Both the position numbers and the translations under genes were made by a program. Positions 1 to 9,744 of a DNA stretch of 64,000 nt are shown piece after piece; the first letter of the stretch is position 1; every line of letters begins with the position of its first letter. The DNA comes from a virus, in the IMG/VR virus record IMGVR_UViG_3300042889_002115, positions 1 to 64,000 of that record; one strand, given 5' to 3'. Under the pieces are notes generated by a model. The model was given only the letters and a program-made list of their open reading frames with translations, was not told where the DNA came from and made no database searches.

Positions 1-2
1 AC

Positions 3-740
3 CTGGCCTACTGGCACGCCAAACGCGGCCTCCGGTACGGTGAAAAGGATGCTCTAGCCGAAGTCAAAACCTGGATGGAACATCTGGCATTCTACTTGAC
101 CGAAGCGTCAGTTGAGCTGGCCCAAGAACGTGGCCGATGCGAAGGCAGTGATCACACACGTTATGGGCAAGGACAATTTCCTTGGGAACTACGTGCTCAG
201 GGTGTTAACGAACTTGCAGACTTTGCTCCAGAACTTGACTGGGAAAAATTACGCACAGAAATGAAAACGCATGGTGTACGCAATGCCACACAAATGGCAG
301 TGGCGCCTGTGGAATCCAGCTCAGTTGTGATCAACTCAACCAACGGTATTGAAATGCCCATGAGCTTGATTAGTGTCAAAGAAAGCAAAGCTGGCAGCTT
401 GACACAAGTGGTTCCAGAATATCACAAACTCAAGAACAAATATCAGTTGATGTGGGAACAAAGAGACTGCGATGGCTACCTAAAGACTGCAGCAGTTATC
501 GCTGCCTATGTGGACCAGAGCATCAGCACCAACACTTTTTACAATCCTGCACACTTTGCAGACCGCAAGGTACCCACTACCTTGATTGCTCGGAACTTGA
601 TGCAGTCACACTACTGGGGTCTGAAAACTTTTTACTACAGCCTGATCAACAAGACCGGCAGCAAGAATGTCACGGAAGATGCTCCGTTAGAAGTGATTGA
701 TTTTGACGAGCAAGAAGATTGTGAGGCATGCAAGCTCTAG
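3..740 (+). CDS. nrdA: Ribonucleotide reductase class Ia alpha subunit, C-terminal part (5' truncated by window)
   Basis: Frame open from base 3; GVRNATQMAVAPVESSS, YVDQSISTN, LKTFYY and C-terminal CEACKL motifs. Confidence 0.95.
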   Translation: MAYWHAKRGLRYGEKDALAEVKTWMEHLAFYLTEASVELAQERGRCEGSDHTRYGQGQFPWELRAQGVNELADFAPELDWEKLRTEMKTHGVRNATQMAVAPVESSSVVINSTNGIEMPMSLISVKESKAGSLTQVVPEYHKLKNKYQLMWEQRDCDGYLKTAAVIAAYVDQSISTNTFYNPAHFADRKVPTTLIARNLMQSHYWGLKTFYYSLINKTGSKNVTEDAPLEVIDFDEQEDCEACKL

Positions 741-751
741 CATGACATGGT

Positions 752-1261
752 ATGAAAATAAATGAACTGTTAGAAAGTGCAGATGACATAGAGTTGAAGG
801 CAAAAACTCTTGCTGTTGATGCACACAAGAACCAAAAATACGGTGTACACCCTTATGCCACCCATTTGGCGGATGTTGTTGCCCGTGTTAAAACAATTAC
901 ACAAGACCCAGAAATAATTGCTGCTGCTTGGTTGCATGATATAGTGGAAGATACAGATGTCACATTGGAACAAATCAAACAACAATTTGGTGATAATGTT
1001 GCCAATATAGTTTGGGCAGTAACAGGCCGCGGAGAGAACCGAAAAGAAAAAATGGCAAATGCCATTGCTAAGATTGCTCAAACTCCAGGAAGTGAATTGG
1101 TAAAGAGTGCAGACCGATTGAGCAATGTTTCTGCCAGTTTACCAAGTGGTTTAGCAAACAATCCAAAAAAACTTAAAATGTACCGAGATGAACACAAGGA
1201 TTTGAGTCCAGTCTTGGGTAACAATGCATTGGCCCTAGAGCTAGTGGATTTATTCAAATAA
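752..1261 (+). CDS. HD-domain hydrolase, RelA/SpoT small alarmone hydrolase (Mesh1-like)
   Basis: AHKNQKY..PYATH, AAAWLHDIVEDT, FG..VA.IV..VT, VKSADRLSN motifs. Confidence 0.85.
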   Translation: MKINELLESADDIELKAKTLAVDAHKNQKYGVHPYATHLADVVARVKTITQDPEIIAAAWLHDIVEDTDVTLEQIKQQFGDNVANIVWAVTGRGENRKEKMANAIAKIAQTPGSELVKSADRLSNVSASLPSGLANNPKKLKMYRDEHKDLSPVLGNNALALELVDLFK

Positions 1262-1276
1262 GGAAAAGAAATCGTA

Positions 1277-1900
1277 ATGTTAGAAACCATTTGTGATGTG
1301 ATGTTGGATGCGTATAAACGCAATTGGATTACCAGTCGTGATGGCAATGTGAGTATTCGTCACCACGACCGTGACCATTTTTATATCACACCTAGTGGTG
1401 TGCGTAAGCAAACACTACAGCCGGACCAGTTCAAGAAGATTCGTATTGTTGGCAGTATGTTGTGGGAAGAGCAGCCATACACTGATATCAGTGCCAATCT
1501 CGAACCGTCGGGCGAACTGCCCCTACACCTTGGACTACAACGAAAAATGGGTCAGCACCGCGATGAAGTGCGAGTAGTAGTTCACTTACATCCCACCTAC
1601 TGTATAGCGGCCATGCATGCTGGTATTGATTTGAGTACAGTGAGTGCGGCATTTCCAGAATTGAATCGCTACACTCGAGTGGCACCCAATGTGGGTGATG
1701 TGGCTCCCATTAGCCAAGAGCTTGCAGACCAGTGCCACACTATGTTACAATTAGACAATGAAGGAAATATTGCCTACGACATTGTGGGCATCAAAGGACA
1801 CGGTGTTGTGGCCATTGACACAACACCGTGGCGTGCTTACGAGCACATAGAAAGACTAGAACACATTTGCAAGATAGTGCTTGCTTCAGGAAAATATTAA
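1277..1900 (+). CDS. Class II aldolase/adducin family protein
   Basis: DGNVSIR, FYITPSG, PSGELPLH, VVHLHP, GHGVV motifs. Confidence 0.88.
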   Translation: MLETICDVMLDAYKRNWITSRDGNVSIRHHDRDHFYITPSGVRKQTLQPDQFKKIRIVGSMLWEEQPYTDISANLEPSGELPLHLGLQRKMGQHRDEVRVVVHLHPTYCIAAMHAGIDLSTVSAAFPELNRYTRVAPNVGDVAPISQELADQCHTMLQLDNEGNIAYDIVGIKGHGVVAIDTTPWRAYEHIERLEHICKIVLASGKY

Positions 1901-1901
1901 A

Positions 1902-3002
1902 ATGTCAAAACAACAATACAATTTAACAACAAAGACAGACTACCTTAATCGCAAGATGTTTCTGGATCCAGCGGGTCCTGTCACAATCCAACGCTTTGAA
2001 GAAGTCAAATACAAAAAGATTGCAGACTACGAAGCCACAGCACGTGGATTCTTTTGGCAACCCGAAGAAGTCAGCTTGACCAAAGATTCAAATGACTTCA
2101 AGGATGCCAGCGAAACAGTGAAACATATCTTTACCAGTAACCTGTTGCGCCAAACAGCGCTAGACAGCCTGCAAGGTCGTGGACCCAGTCAGATCTTTAT
2201 GCCTGTAGTATCATTGCCAGAACTAGAAGCCTTGATCTACAACTGGACATTCTTTGAAACCAACATTCACTCAAAGAGTTACAGCCACATCATTCGCAAC
2301 ATCTACAACGTGCCCAAGGATGTGTTCAACACCATTCACGACACACAACAGATCATTGACATGGCATCAAGTGTGGGCCGGTACTATGATGACCTGCACA
2401 GAATCAACTGTGCCAAAGAACTGGGACAGTCTGTGGAAGAAACAGAACATGTGAGAGCAATCTACATGGCCTTGCATGCCAGCTATGCACTGGAAGCCTT
2501 CCGCTTTATGGTCAGCTTTGCCACAAGCCTGGCCATGGTGGAGAACAAGATCTTCATGGGCAATGGTAACATCATCAGCTTGATTCTTCAAGACGAGATT
2601 CTGCACAAAGAATGGACTGGTTACATTATCAATCAGGTGGTCAAAGAAGATCCACGCTTTGCTGCTGCCAAGGTCGAGTGCGAAGCCGAAGTGTATGCAC
2701 TGTACCTGGATGTGATACGTGAAGAAAAGGGCTGGGCAGACTACCTGTTCAACAAGGGACCTGTGATTGGACTCAATGCCAACATTCTCAAAGACTTTGT
2801 GGACTACACAGCCGTGGCTGCACTCAAGGAAATTGGTATCAAGTATCTGGAACCTGCACCCCGTAGCACACCTATTCCTTGGTTCAACAAGCACGTCAAC
2901 ACCAGCAACAAACAAACTGCACTGCAAGAGTCTGAAAGCACTAACTATGTTATCGGAGTCATGAGTGATCAACTAGACTACGATGCACTACCGGAACTAT
3001 AA
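1902..3002 (+). CDS. nrdB: Ribonucleotide reductase class Ia beta subunit
   Basis: FFWQPEEV, QTALDSLQGR, ETNIHSKSY, EAFRFMVSF, DEILH, ALQESESTNY; start moved to ATG at 1902. Confidence 0.95.
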   Translation: MSKQQYNLTTKTDYLNRKMFLDPAGPVTIQRFEEVKYKKIADYEATARGFFWQPEEVSLTKDSNDFKDASETVKHIFTSNLLRQTALDSLQGRGPSQIFMPVVSLPELEALIYNWTFFETNIHSKSYSHIIRNIYNVPKDVFNTIHDTQQIIDMASSVGRYYDDLHRINCAKELGQSVEETEHVRAIYMALHASYALEAFRFMVSFATSLAMVENKIFMGNGNIISLILQDEILHKEWTGYIINQVVKEDPRFAAAKVECEAEVYALYLDVIREEKGWADYLFNKGPVIGLNANILKDFVDYTAVAALKEIGIKYLEPAPRSTPIPWFNKHVNTSNKQTALQESESTNYVIGVMSDQLDYDALPEL

Positions 3003-3004
3003 AA

Positions 3005-3451
3005 ATGAATGATGATATTAAACAATCTATTGCAGCAACTGCACCACGAGTAGATGATACTTGGTTTGATACCGGCGGTTTTCAAACCTACAAACACCCT
3101 ACTGCCATCAGCTACGAAACTGCCACAGACAATGGTACGGTAGACACTCTTGAAGGTCCAGTCAAGTACACTGTTGGACACAAGATTATTACTGGTCCCA
3201 AGGGAGAAAAGTATCCTGTAAGTCCCATCAAGTTTGCTGCATACTACGACGACAATGGTGATGGCACAGCAATACCCAAAAAGATCATGAAGATTGCTCG
3301 ACTGGCTGACCATGATGGTGTTGTCCGAGCCAGCTGGGGAGATTTAAACTATACCAAGGGCAATGATTATATTGTCAAGCACGGCCCTGGTGATTACGGT
3401 GTTGTCAAATCAGACATCTTTGCCAAAACGTACAACACATCACAACTATAA
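3005..3451 (+). CDS. PGDYG-domain protein
   Basis: Two-repeat structure (ITGPKGEKYPV; HGPGDYGVVKSDIFAKTY). Confidence 0.7.
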   Translation: MNDDIKQSIAATAPRVDDTWFDTGGFQTYKHPTAISYETATDNGTVDTLEGPVKYTVGHKIITGPKGEKYPVSPIKFAAYYDDNGDGTAIPKKIMKIARLADHDGVVRASWGDLNYTKGNDYIVKHGPGDYGVVKSDIFAKTYNTSQL

Positions 3452-3460
3452 GGAAAACAC

Positions 3461-3682
3461 ATGAAAGCAATAGTATGGTCAAAAGATTTCTGTTCTTTCT
3501 GCACTCAAGCAAAGGCACTACTGGAATCTCAAGGAATTGAATATGAAGAACGCAACGTGAGCCGGGATTGGACACGTGAACAACTACTAGAAGCAGTACC
3601 AACAGCTCGAACACTACCACAGATATTCTTGGATCAAGAACTAGTGGGTGGATTTACAGAACTCAGAAAGAAACTAGCATAA
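3461..3682 (+). CDS. Glutaredoxin
   Basis: CSFC active site, TLPQIF, VGGFTEL; next to nrdB. Confidence 0.92.
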   Translation: MKAIVWSKDFCSFCTQAKALLESQGIEYEERNVSRDWTREQLLEAVPTARTLPQIFLDQELVGGFTELRKKLA

Positions 3683-3987
3683 TGAATATTGAAAAAACAC
3701 TGGGACAGGTTTGCACATTTAAACTCAATTCGGGAGAAGAACTGATTGCAAGAGTAGAACTGATTGAATACAATTTTATCACAGTAAGTGAGCCAGTTAG
3801 CGTAGCACCAGGACCACAAGGGCTGGGTCTTGTGCCCAGTGTGTTTACCGCAGAACGCAAGGCTTCGGTCACAATAAATATTAATAATGTTGCAATCTAT
3901 GCACTCACTGACCAAGAAGTCAAAATGAAGTATATCGAAGCAACCACTGGCATCAAGGTGCCAGAAAAGAAATTGATACTAGGATAA
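3682..3987 (+). CDS. Conserved phage protein, probable Sm-like/SH3 beta-barrel
   Basis: FKLNSGEELIARV pattern; TAATG coupling to glutaredoxin. Confidence 0.55.
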   Translation: MNIEKTLGQVCTFKLNSGEELIARVELIEYNFITVSEPVSVAPGPQGLGLVPSVFTAERKASVTININNVAIYALTDQEVKMKYIEATTGIKVPEKKLILG

Positions 3988-3988
3988 C

Positions 3989-4276
3989 ATGCCAGCAGTA
4001 CAACGACAGGGAGATGCAAACTCAGCAGGAGGAGTAGCCGCAAGTGGCGTGGCTTCTGTGCGAGTCAATGGTCGGCCTGTGGTTGTGCCTGGTATTTCTG
4101 TAACACCTCATCCATGTTGTGGTCAAAAAGGATGTGCCAAACACTGTTCAGCAACTACCAATGGTGGTTCAGCAACTGTAAAAGCCGGCGGCAAACCCAT
4201 CATAAGAACTTCAGCTGACGTAGACACTTGTGGTCACGCTCGATCAGGCGGCAGCCCCAACGTTAGGGTAGCATAA
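3989..4276 (+). CDS. PAAR-repeat spike tip protein (gp5.4-like)
   Basis: MPAVQRQGD, VRVNGRPV, GSATVKAGGKPI, TCGH, GSPNV; Cys/His metal ligands. Confidence 0.88.
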   Translation: MPAVQRQGDANSAGGVAASGVASVRVNGRPVVVPGISVTPHPCCGQKGCAKHCSATTNGGSATVKAGGKPIIRTSADVDTCGHARSGGSPNVRVA

Positions 4277-5400
4277 TGACCCAGGGCTTATTAACACCAT
4301 TGCAACTCACAAGCGGTGCAGGCCTGTTACAAAACACTGGAATAGCACTCAACAGTGTGTTTTCAGGAGCAGTGCAACAATATGAAGCTATTGCACCTAT
4401 TGCCAATCTGTTGGCCACTTTGAGCCTGGCTAGTACTGCTGGCCTGGCCAATGCTACTATTCTGAGTTTGCAAACTCTAGGAAATTCAGTATGTCCCGCA
4501 TTGGGTGACAGTATCCCTGCTGCGTCAGCTAACACTGCACCATTTCCTGTGGGCAACAGCCTGGGGTTTCTGGGATTTCTAGAAACTGTGGGCAACACAC
4601 AACTAGGCTCAGGCGATGTGGGAAAATTTGCACAGGCGTTTTCAGCAGCACAAGGATATGTGGGGCAAGTTAATTTGTTCATTACCAGTGCGGCCAATGC
4701 TAACGAATATCTTGGCCCGACATTTACCAACCTTGACGACATGATCACCGGCGATCTCACCAGGGTGTCGCTGGCGTTGCCTGCACTGGGAGCAGATCTT
4801 GAAAAGCTAGGCAACTTGTTGGTGCTTTCTAATATTCAAAATCTAGGTGAACCTGCTGCACTATTGCAACAATTAAGCAAGGTAGGCAATATGGGCAACA
4901 ACACACTACCGTGTGTGCAAGCTGCCCTGGAAATGTCTGGACTTGACTCCGTAGAAATCACAGGCCTAATCAGCAACAATAGACAAAGTTTGTTTAATCC
5001 CAATGGATTGACTACCAATCAATTTGATCGTCTACAACAACGAGCATACCAGGGTATGAACATGGTAGCAGGAGACTGCTTGGCTGATGTATTGGCCATC
5101 TTGGATGTGACCACTCCCGGAATTACTGTTATGACAGATCTGTTGGATCCGGCCAAAATATTGCCCACAAGTTACCCCACCTTGAAGTTTGAAGACCAGT
5201 TGATTTACGCACCCGACGGAGCAGTAAATTCAGGAATATCCAACACACTAAATGCAACCACAGCCACAGGCTGTGACGAACTGGGCAAAATTATACCTCC
5301 GTCCCAGGCAGTGGCCAACAAGGCCTTGCAGTATCAACTGCAGCAGGTCAGCGGTATTCAAAATCTAACATTGCCACAGTTGGCAGCCATACTGGTATGA
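4276..5400 (+). CDS. Hypothetical virion structural protein
   Basis: Long ORF coupled to PAAR gene; A/G/L/N/T-rich composition. Confidence 0.55.
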   Translation: MTQGLLTPLQLTSGAGLLQNTGIALNSVFSGAVQQYEAIAPIANLLATLSLASTAGLANATILSLQTLGNSVCPALGDSIPAASANTAPFPVGNSLGFLGFLETVGNTQLGSGDVGKFAQAFSAAQGYVGQVNLFITSAANANEYLGPTFTNLDDMITGDLTRVSLALPALGADLEKLGNLLVLSNIQNLGEPAALLQQLSKVGNMGNNTLPCVQAALEMSGLDSVEITGLISNNRQSLFNPNGLTTNQFDRLQQRAYQGMNMVAGDCLADVLAILDVTTPGITVMTDLLDPAKILPTSYPTLKFEDQLIYAPDGAVNSGISNTLNATTATGCDELGKIIPPSQAVANKALQYQLQQVSGIQNLTLPQLAAILV

Positions 5401-6203
5401 CCATAGAAACTCTAAAAAATTTGCCCCTGGTTGAGGCTCAAACTCAACCTATTACTGATGCAGTAAAAAACTTCTACGCCAACACATTTGCCGGCGGCTC
5501 AGGACCTGATGGCACATACCTGATCACTGACTTTTTTGGCACAGCAGCTGGAATTCCTGCTGTGGATGTACTGCCTCAGGCCAACGCTATCTTGGCTGCA
5601 AGAGTTGCAGACGGAACACTTGCTGCTTTAAACGCAGTGTATGCCAACATGCTGGGCACAGTCAACGGCACATTTGGCGATCCTGTGTTGGGCCCAGTGG
5701 TTATCCCGTCAGGCCCGGGTACCGGAGCATATGCCGATGCCGAAGCAGCCATGGCCATACTGATTCCATTAGCAGAGTCAGCTATTGTTACTGCAGCCGC
5801 AGCCATGGGAAGCGATACTGCAACTCTGAACAGTGCATTCACCAGCATGGCTGAACAGGCCACTTCGGAAGTGGTCAATCAAGGCAAAGCTGCTATCAAT
5901 TTGAGTGATCTCACAGCAGGTGATCAGACCAGTGTGATGGCCCTGATAACCAATTTTACTAGTCTGGGTACAGACGTTGCAGTGGGACAGGCTGCCCAGT
6001 TTTTTGAAGACATTGTGGACATCAATAGTACCACTGGCCAGGCCATCATTGGAGCCATGCGAGAAGGCCGCAATCAAGTGCAACTGGCCGAAACAGGCAT
6101 CAACGGCTATGACATTGTGCCTGACCAACCAGAAACTCCACCACCTGTGGCACCATTGCTGGGCAGCAGTTACACAGTGGCCGAAGCCGAATCGGCCAGT
6201 TGA
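5397..6203 (+). CDS. Hypothetical virion structural protein
   Basis: ATGA overlap with upstream gene; AIIGAMREGRN motif. Confidence 0.55.
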   Translation: MTIETLKNLPLVEAQTQPITDAVKNFYANTFAGGSGPDGTYLITDFFGTAAGIPAVDVLPQANAILAARVADGTLAALNAVYANMLGTVNGTFGDPVLGPVVIPSGPGTGAYADAEAAMAILIPLAESAIVTAAAAMGSDTATLNSAFTSMAEQATSEVVNQGKAAINLSDLTAGDQTSVMALITNFTSLGTDVAVGQAAQFFEDIVDINSTTGQAIIGAMREGRNQVQLAETGINGYDIVPDQPETPPPVAPLLGSSYTVAEAESAS

Positions 6204-6228
6204 CCAAAATTGCCTGGTGTTGTATAAT
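6200..6228 (+). promoter_or_regulatory. Sigma70-type early promoter
   Basis: TTGACC-17 nt-TATAAT. Confidence 0.75.
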
Positions 6229-6299
6229 TAAACATACAACAACCATGTGACAACGTATGCTGAATTAAGCCGTACTTGGCTAGCTTGATTTTTTGCAAT

Positions 6300-6352
6300 T
6301 TGACCTAAATTAACACTTGTGCTATAATTAACACTTAAACAGCAACAAGGAA
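6300..6352 (+). promoter_or_regulatory. Sigma70-type early promoter plus conserved leader/RBS cassette
   Basis: TTGACC-17-TATAAT followed by TAACACTTAAACAGCAACAAGGA. Confidence 0.85.
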
Positions 6353-6358
6353 CACTGC

Positions 6359-6598
6359 ATGACAGTACAAGAACTCATCAATTCCCTGCAATTATTGGAC
6401 CCTACTGCCGAAGTACACTTTAGTTATAACTATGGTGACCACTGGCAGACGCAGGTTGCGCCCACTGTGGACCGCGTGGATCTGGCCTTGATCAAGTACA
6501 GTGAGTATCACCGTATGAACAAACTCCTAGACGAAGATGACATGTACGAAGATGAGGGTGACTACGAAGGCACACGCCGTGTGGTGGTGCTTGGTTGA
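6359..6598 (+). CDS. Hypothetical early protein
   Basis: Promoter and RBS directly upstream; MTVQELINSL start. Confidence 0.75.
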   Translation: MTVQELINSLQLLDPTAEVHFSYNYGDHWQTQVAPTVDRVDLALIKYSEYHRMNKLLDEDDMYEDEGDYEGTRRVVVLG

Positions 6599-6649
6599 CC
6601 TTTATTCACCGAAATGCTATAATTAACACTTAAACAGCAACAAGGAGCC
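6593..6649 (+). repeat. 57-nt early promoter/leader cassette, copy A
   Basis: Identical to 50050-50106 except one base (G/A); contains TTGACC-17-TATAAT and AAGGAG. Confidence 0.9.
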
Positions 6650-6653
6650 CCGG

Positions 6654-6935
6654 ATGCCCACAGCAACTTACCAAGCACTTACTGAGCAAGAAAAACGCCA
6701 AGTTGGCATGTATGGTGTAACCGAAAAAGGCATGCGTGAAGCTGTAGAGTCCAGCATGACTTTCCGTTCTAGTGGTCCTGCTATGATGGCGGCCGGCCTG
6801 TTGAGCGATTGCCAAGAGATGATGGCTTACGGTCCCTATGACTCAGACACGCTGGCCAACATCCAGGAAGATCAGCGTCAAATACTGAATCGTGCCAAGT
6901 GGATCCTGTTTGAATATCTTTCATCCAAAGCCTAA
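6654..6935 (+). CDS. Hypothetical early protein
   Basis: Promoter cassette and AGGAG upstream. Confidence 0.75.
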   Translation: MPTATYQALTEQEKRQVGMYGVTEKGMREAVESSMTFRSSGPAMMAAGLLSDCQEMMAYGPYDSDTLANIQEDQRQILNRAKWILFEYLSSKA

Positions 6936-6947
6936 TAGGAGAATAAC

Positions 6948-7034
6948 ATGATGCGACAATTGCTAATTGACCTTGCTCACGCCACTGTGGTATATGCAGT
7001 GCCCTTGACACTATACTGGACCTTGATAGGCTAA
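6948..7034 (+). CDS. Small membrane peptide (28 aa), not in ORF track
   Basis: AGGAG RBS; MMRQLLIDLAHATVVYAVPLTLYWTLIG. Confidence 0.55.
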   Translation: MMRQLLIDLAHATVVYAVPLTLYWTLIG

Positions 7035-7044
7035 GGAGATTGTT

Positions 7045-7290
7045 TTGAACGACAAAAAAATTGATTTTAGTTGCTTGGGCTTTGACCGCTATCAAAGCAT
7101 TGACCTTCAAATTCTTATGAGTCTGCAAAATCATAAGGACATCTGTGAATGGGCCAAGGCAGTGGGCGAAGATGATGTGCGTTACGGACTCGGATTGCTG
7201 GAACAGGCCGCCTTGGCTGAACTAGATCGCGACACTGAAAATATGAAACAGTTTCCTGAAGCAATGGCTGCAATTAGAAAGGTAATGTAA
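7045..7290 (+). CDS. Hypothetical protein
   Basis: AAGGAG then TTG start; coupled to next gene. Confidence 0.65.
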   Translation: MNDKKIDFSCLGFDRYQSIDLQILMSLQNHKDICEWAKAVGEDDVRYGLGLLEQAALAELDRDTENMKQFPEAMAAIRKVM

Positions 7291-7640
7291 TGGGACTGGA
7301 CATGTACGCCTATGTTGCCGCCAAAGCAGGTCAAGAGGCCACTGCTCGTGAACTGGCCTACTGGCGCAAGCATCCTAATCTGCATGGCTGGATGGAACAA
7401 CTTGCCAAATCTAAAAATGTTGAGTACGGCTCATTTAATGGCGTTGAACTAGAACTGACCTGGGCAGACATTGATGCACTGGAGCAGGCAGTGACGCATA
7501 AGCAATTGCCGGGCACTGGCGGTTTCTTTTTTGGGCGTGATGCTGATGAACACTATCAAGAAAGTGACCTAGCGTTTGTCAAGGCTGCGCGAGCAGAATT
7601 GTTTCTGGGCTTGCGAGTGTTTTATAATAGCTCGTGGTAA
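7290..7640 (+). CDS. Conserved phage hypothetical protein (MGLDMY...YWRKH...GFFFG...YNSSW type)
   Basis: Recognisable motif set common in phage ORFs. Confidence 0.7.
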   Translation: MGLDMYAYVAAKAGQEATARELAYWRKHPNLHGWMEQLAKSKNVEYGSFNGVELELTWADIDALEQAVTHKQLPGTGGFFFGRDADEHYQESDLAFVKAARAELFLGLRVFYNSSW

Positions 7641-7652
7641 AAGATTAAATAT

Positions 7653-9029
7653 ATGAATGACATCAATTTTTCCAACTCACGCTTTGATGGTCTAACCATG
7701 TCAGCCGACTGGATCCAAGATCTTGAAAGTTCCGACAGCCGATTGCACAAAGAAAAAGTAATCGAAAAAGCCCTGATGGCTGCAAAATTGGGCAGTGCCA
7801 GTGCTCAGGGCTTTTTGTTCAACGCTTATCAGGCCTACAATCCCTTCCATGTGTTTGGTGTGCAACAAGTGTCTGAGACTACAGGCATCACTCATGCTCC
7901 AAACCCCTGGTCCACATTCTGGGCCCTGCTAGAAGATCTGCGTACTCGTACTATCACTGGCCATCGTGCTCGCGACCGTATCAAGGAAGTGTCCCAACTG
8001 TTTGACAGTGTGGAATGGAACACAGTTTGTCGACGTGTGCTGATCAAGGACCTAAGATGTGGTATTTCAGAAAAGACTCTGAACAAGGTGCTGGGCAAAA
8101 CAGAATGGAAAATCCCTGTGTTCGGTGTGCAGCTGGCACAGGACTCAACTGATCAGCCCAAGAAAATGAAAGGCATCAAACGCCTGGAAGTCAAACTGGA
8201 TGGTGTGCGTGTTATTGCAGTGGTGTCGGGCAGTAGCTGTGTGTTGTACAGCCGCAATGGCAAGGAGTTTGAAAACTTCCCACAAATTGCTGAGGCTGTC
8301 CTGGACAACCGTCGAGCTTTCCAATACGGCCGAGGAACAGGTGGCCACTTTGTGTTGGATGGTGAAATTGTAGGTGAGAATTTTCAAGCCTTGATGAAAC
8401 AGGCACAACGCAAAAGCAATGCCAACACAACTGGCATGGTTTATCACATTTTTGATATTGTTCCGCTGGATGCACTCAAAGAAGGTCACTGCAATTTACA
8501 ACAGCACAAGCGTATAGAATGGATTGAAAGTGCAAGATCCATTCTTGACACCACTGATTGCTTGCGCATCATGCCAGGTATGAATGTGGACTTGGACACT
8601 GCTGAAGGACATGATGTCATGCAGCGTTTTGCCAGCGCCAGTGTGGAGCAAGGATATGAAGGCATCATGATCAAGAATCTTGACGCCCCGTACGAATGCA
8701 AGCGTAGTGACCACTGGATGAAATGGAAACCCACAATCACAGTTGACCTGACCATTGTGGGTTTTGAAGAAGGAACTGGTCGCAATCAGGGCCGACTGGG
8801 TGCTATAATTTACGAAGGAGTTGACAATGAACGAAATATTCGGGTCAATGTTGGTACTGGCTATAGCGATAATGATCGTGATGAGTTTTGGGCTGCCAGG
8901 GATCAGTTACTTGGCGTCATTGGCGAAATCCAAGCTGATGCAGTTACTCAGAATCAAGACGGATCATTCAGTTTGAGATTTCCTCGACATGTTCGATTCC
9001 GTGGATTTGAAGCCGGAGAGAAACTGTAA
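7653..9029 (+). CDS. ATP-dependent DNA ligase (T4 gp30-like)
   Basis: EVKLDGVR adenylation motif, LDGEI, EGIMIK, WMKWKP, SLRFPR. Confidence 0.95.
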   Translation: MNDINFSNSRFDGLTMSADWIQDLESSDSRLHKEKVIEKALMAAKLGSASAQGFLFNAYQAYNPFHVFGVQQVSETTGITHAPNPWSTFWALLEDLRTRTITGHRARDRIKEVSQLFDSVEWNTVCRRVLIKDLRCGISEKTLNKVLGKTEWKIPVFGVQLAQDSTDQPKKMKGIKRLEVKLDGVRVIAVVSGSSCVLYSRNGKEFENFPQIAEAVLDNRRAFQYGRGTGGHFVLDGEIVGENFQALMKQAQRKSNANTTGMVYHIFDIVPLDALKEGHCNLQQHKRIEWIESARSILDTTDCLRIMPGMNVDLDTAEGHDVMQRFASASVEQGYEGIMIKNLDAPYECKRSDHWMKWKPTITVDLTIVGFEEGTGRNQGRLGAIIYEGVDNERNIRVNVGTGYSDNDRDEFWAARDQLLGVIGEIQADAVTQNQDGSFSLRFPRHVRFRGFEAGEKL

Positions 9030-9124
9030 TGCACTGGATACTGGTACTGATACTGACATTCGTTAACCTGCCGCTGGCCCTGGCCTTGTCAGCAATTTTT
9101 ATATTTTTTGGAAATCAAAAATGA
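9029..9124 (+). CDS. Small hydrophobic membrane peptide (31 aa), not in ORF track
   Basis: TAATG and ATGA coupling on both sides; MHWILVLILTFVNLPLALALSAIFIFFGNQK. Confidence 0.55.
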   Translation: MHWILVLILTFVNLPLALALSAIFIFFGNQK

Positions 9125-9318
9125 GCAAGAATAAACTGGAAATTGACGTTGACACAGCAGATCGAATTGCAGTGCTTGTGCTCAAGGAACATCGCAAGTA
9201 TCTCAAGAAAGAACTAGCCGACTTCAAAAAAGGTCAGTACCTGCATCCTGAAGATGTAAGTGGAAACACAATCATGGTTCATCACTTGGATGCTGTTATC
9301 AAACATTTTGGTGGCTAA
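9121..9318 (+). CDS. Hypothetical protein
   Basis: Tight operon packing. Confidence 0.65.
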   Translation: MSKNKLEIDVDTADRIAVLVLKEHRKYLKKELADFKKGQYLHPEDVSGNTIMVHHLDAVIKHFGG

Positions 9319-9744
9319 ATGAAAATTGGACTCAGTTATAGCCGATGTGTTCGAGACATTGTGGAAGGTCGAGTAGACATTGACGATGTGCTGGTGATCA
9401 TTTCTCGTACAGATTTTGATCCGCAAGACGATGATCAATGGCAAGGAATTTGGTCATCGTACTGTTTAGGCGGAAGAAGTAATCCCGAGTGGAGCAATTA
9501 CGATGTTAACAGCAAAGAGGATGAGGACAAGTTCCGCAGTGTGAGTGTAGGCTTATGGAAGTTGGGCAAGTTTCACCAGCCACGCAAGTTTGGCGCACAT
9601 CCTAGTCGTCGCTCAGAATTTTGGTTGGAAGCAGTGTTGCCTGATTCTGAATTACAAGCTCGTCCAGCAGTAAAAGACGCATGGGATCAGTTTCAGATAC
9701 TGGCCGGCCTAACAAACACAAAGTTGGATAGAGATTATCAATGA
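9319..9744 (+). CDS. Hypothetical protein
   Basis: Tight operon packing; MKIGLSYSRCVRDIV. Confidence 0.7.
   Translation: MKIGLSYSRCVRDIVEGRVDIDDVLVIISRTDFDPQDDDQWQGIWSSYCLGGRSNPEWSNYDVNSKEDEDKFRSVSVGLWKLGKFHQPRKFGAHPSRRSEFWLEAVLPDSELQARPAVKDAWDQFQILAGLTNTKLDRDYQ

Noticed and set aside
740-1902. Intron, intein or homing endonuclease between nrdA and nrdB
   Set aside because: Both nrd genes end and start normally; the intervening ORFs are an HD hydrolase and an aldolase
4276-6203. Possible frameshifted single structural gene
   Set aside because: Clean ATGA overlap is typical translational coupling; no slippery site seen and homologs cannot be checked
6300-6649. Repeats resembling a CRISPR array
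   Set aside because: Copies contain -35/-10/RBS, are separated by whole genes and are dispersed; no cas genes or regular spacers
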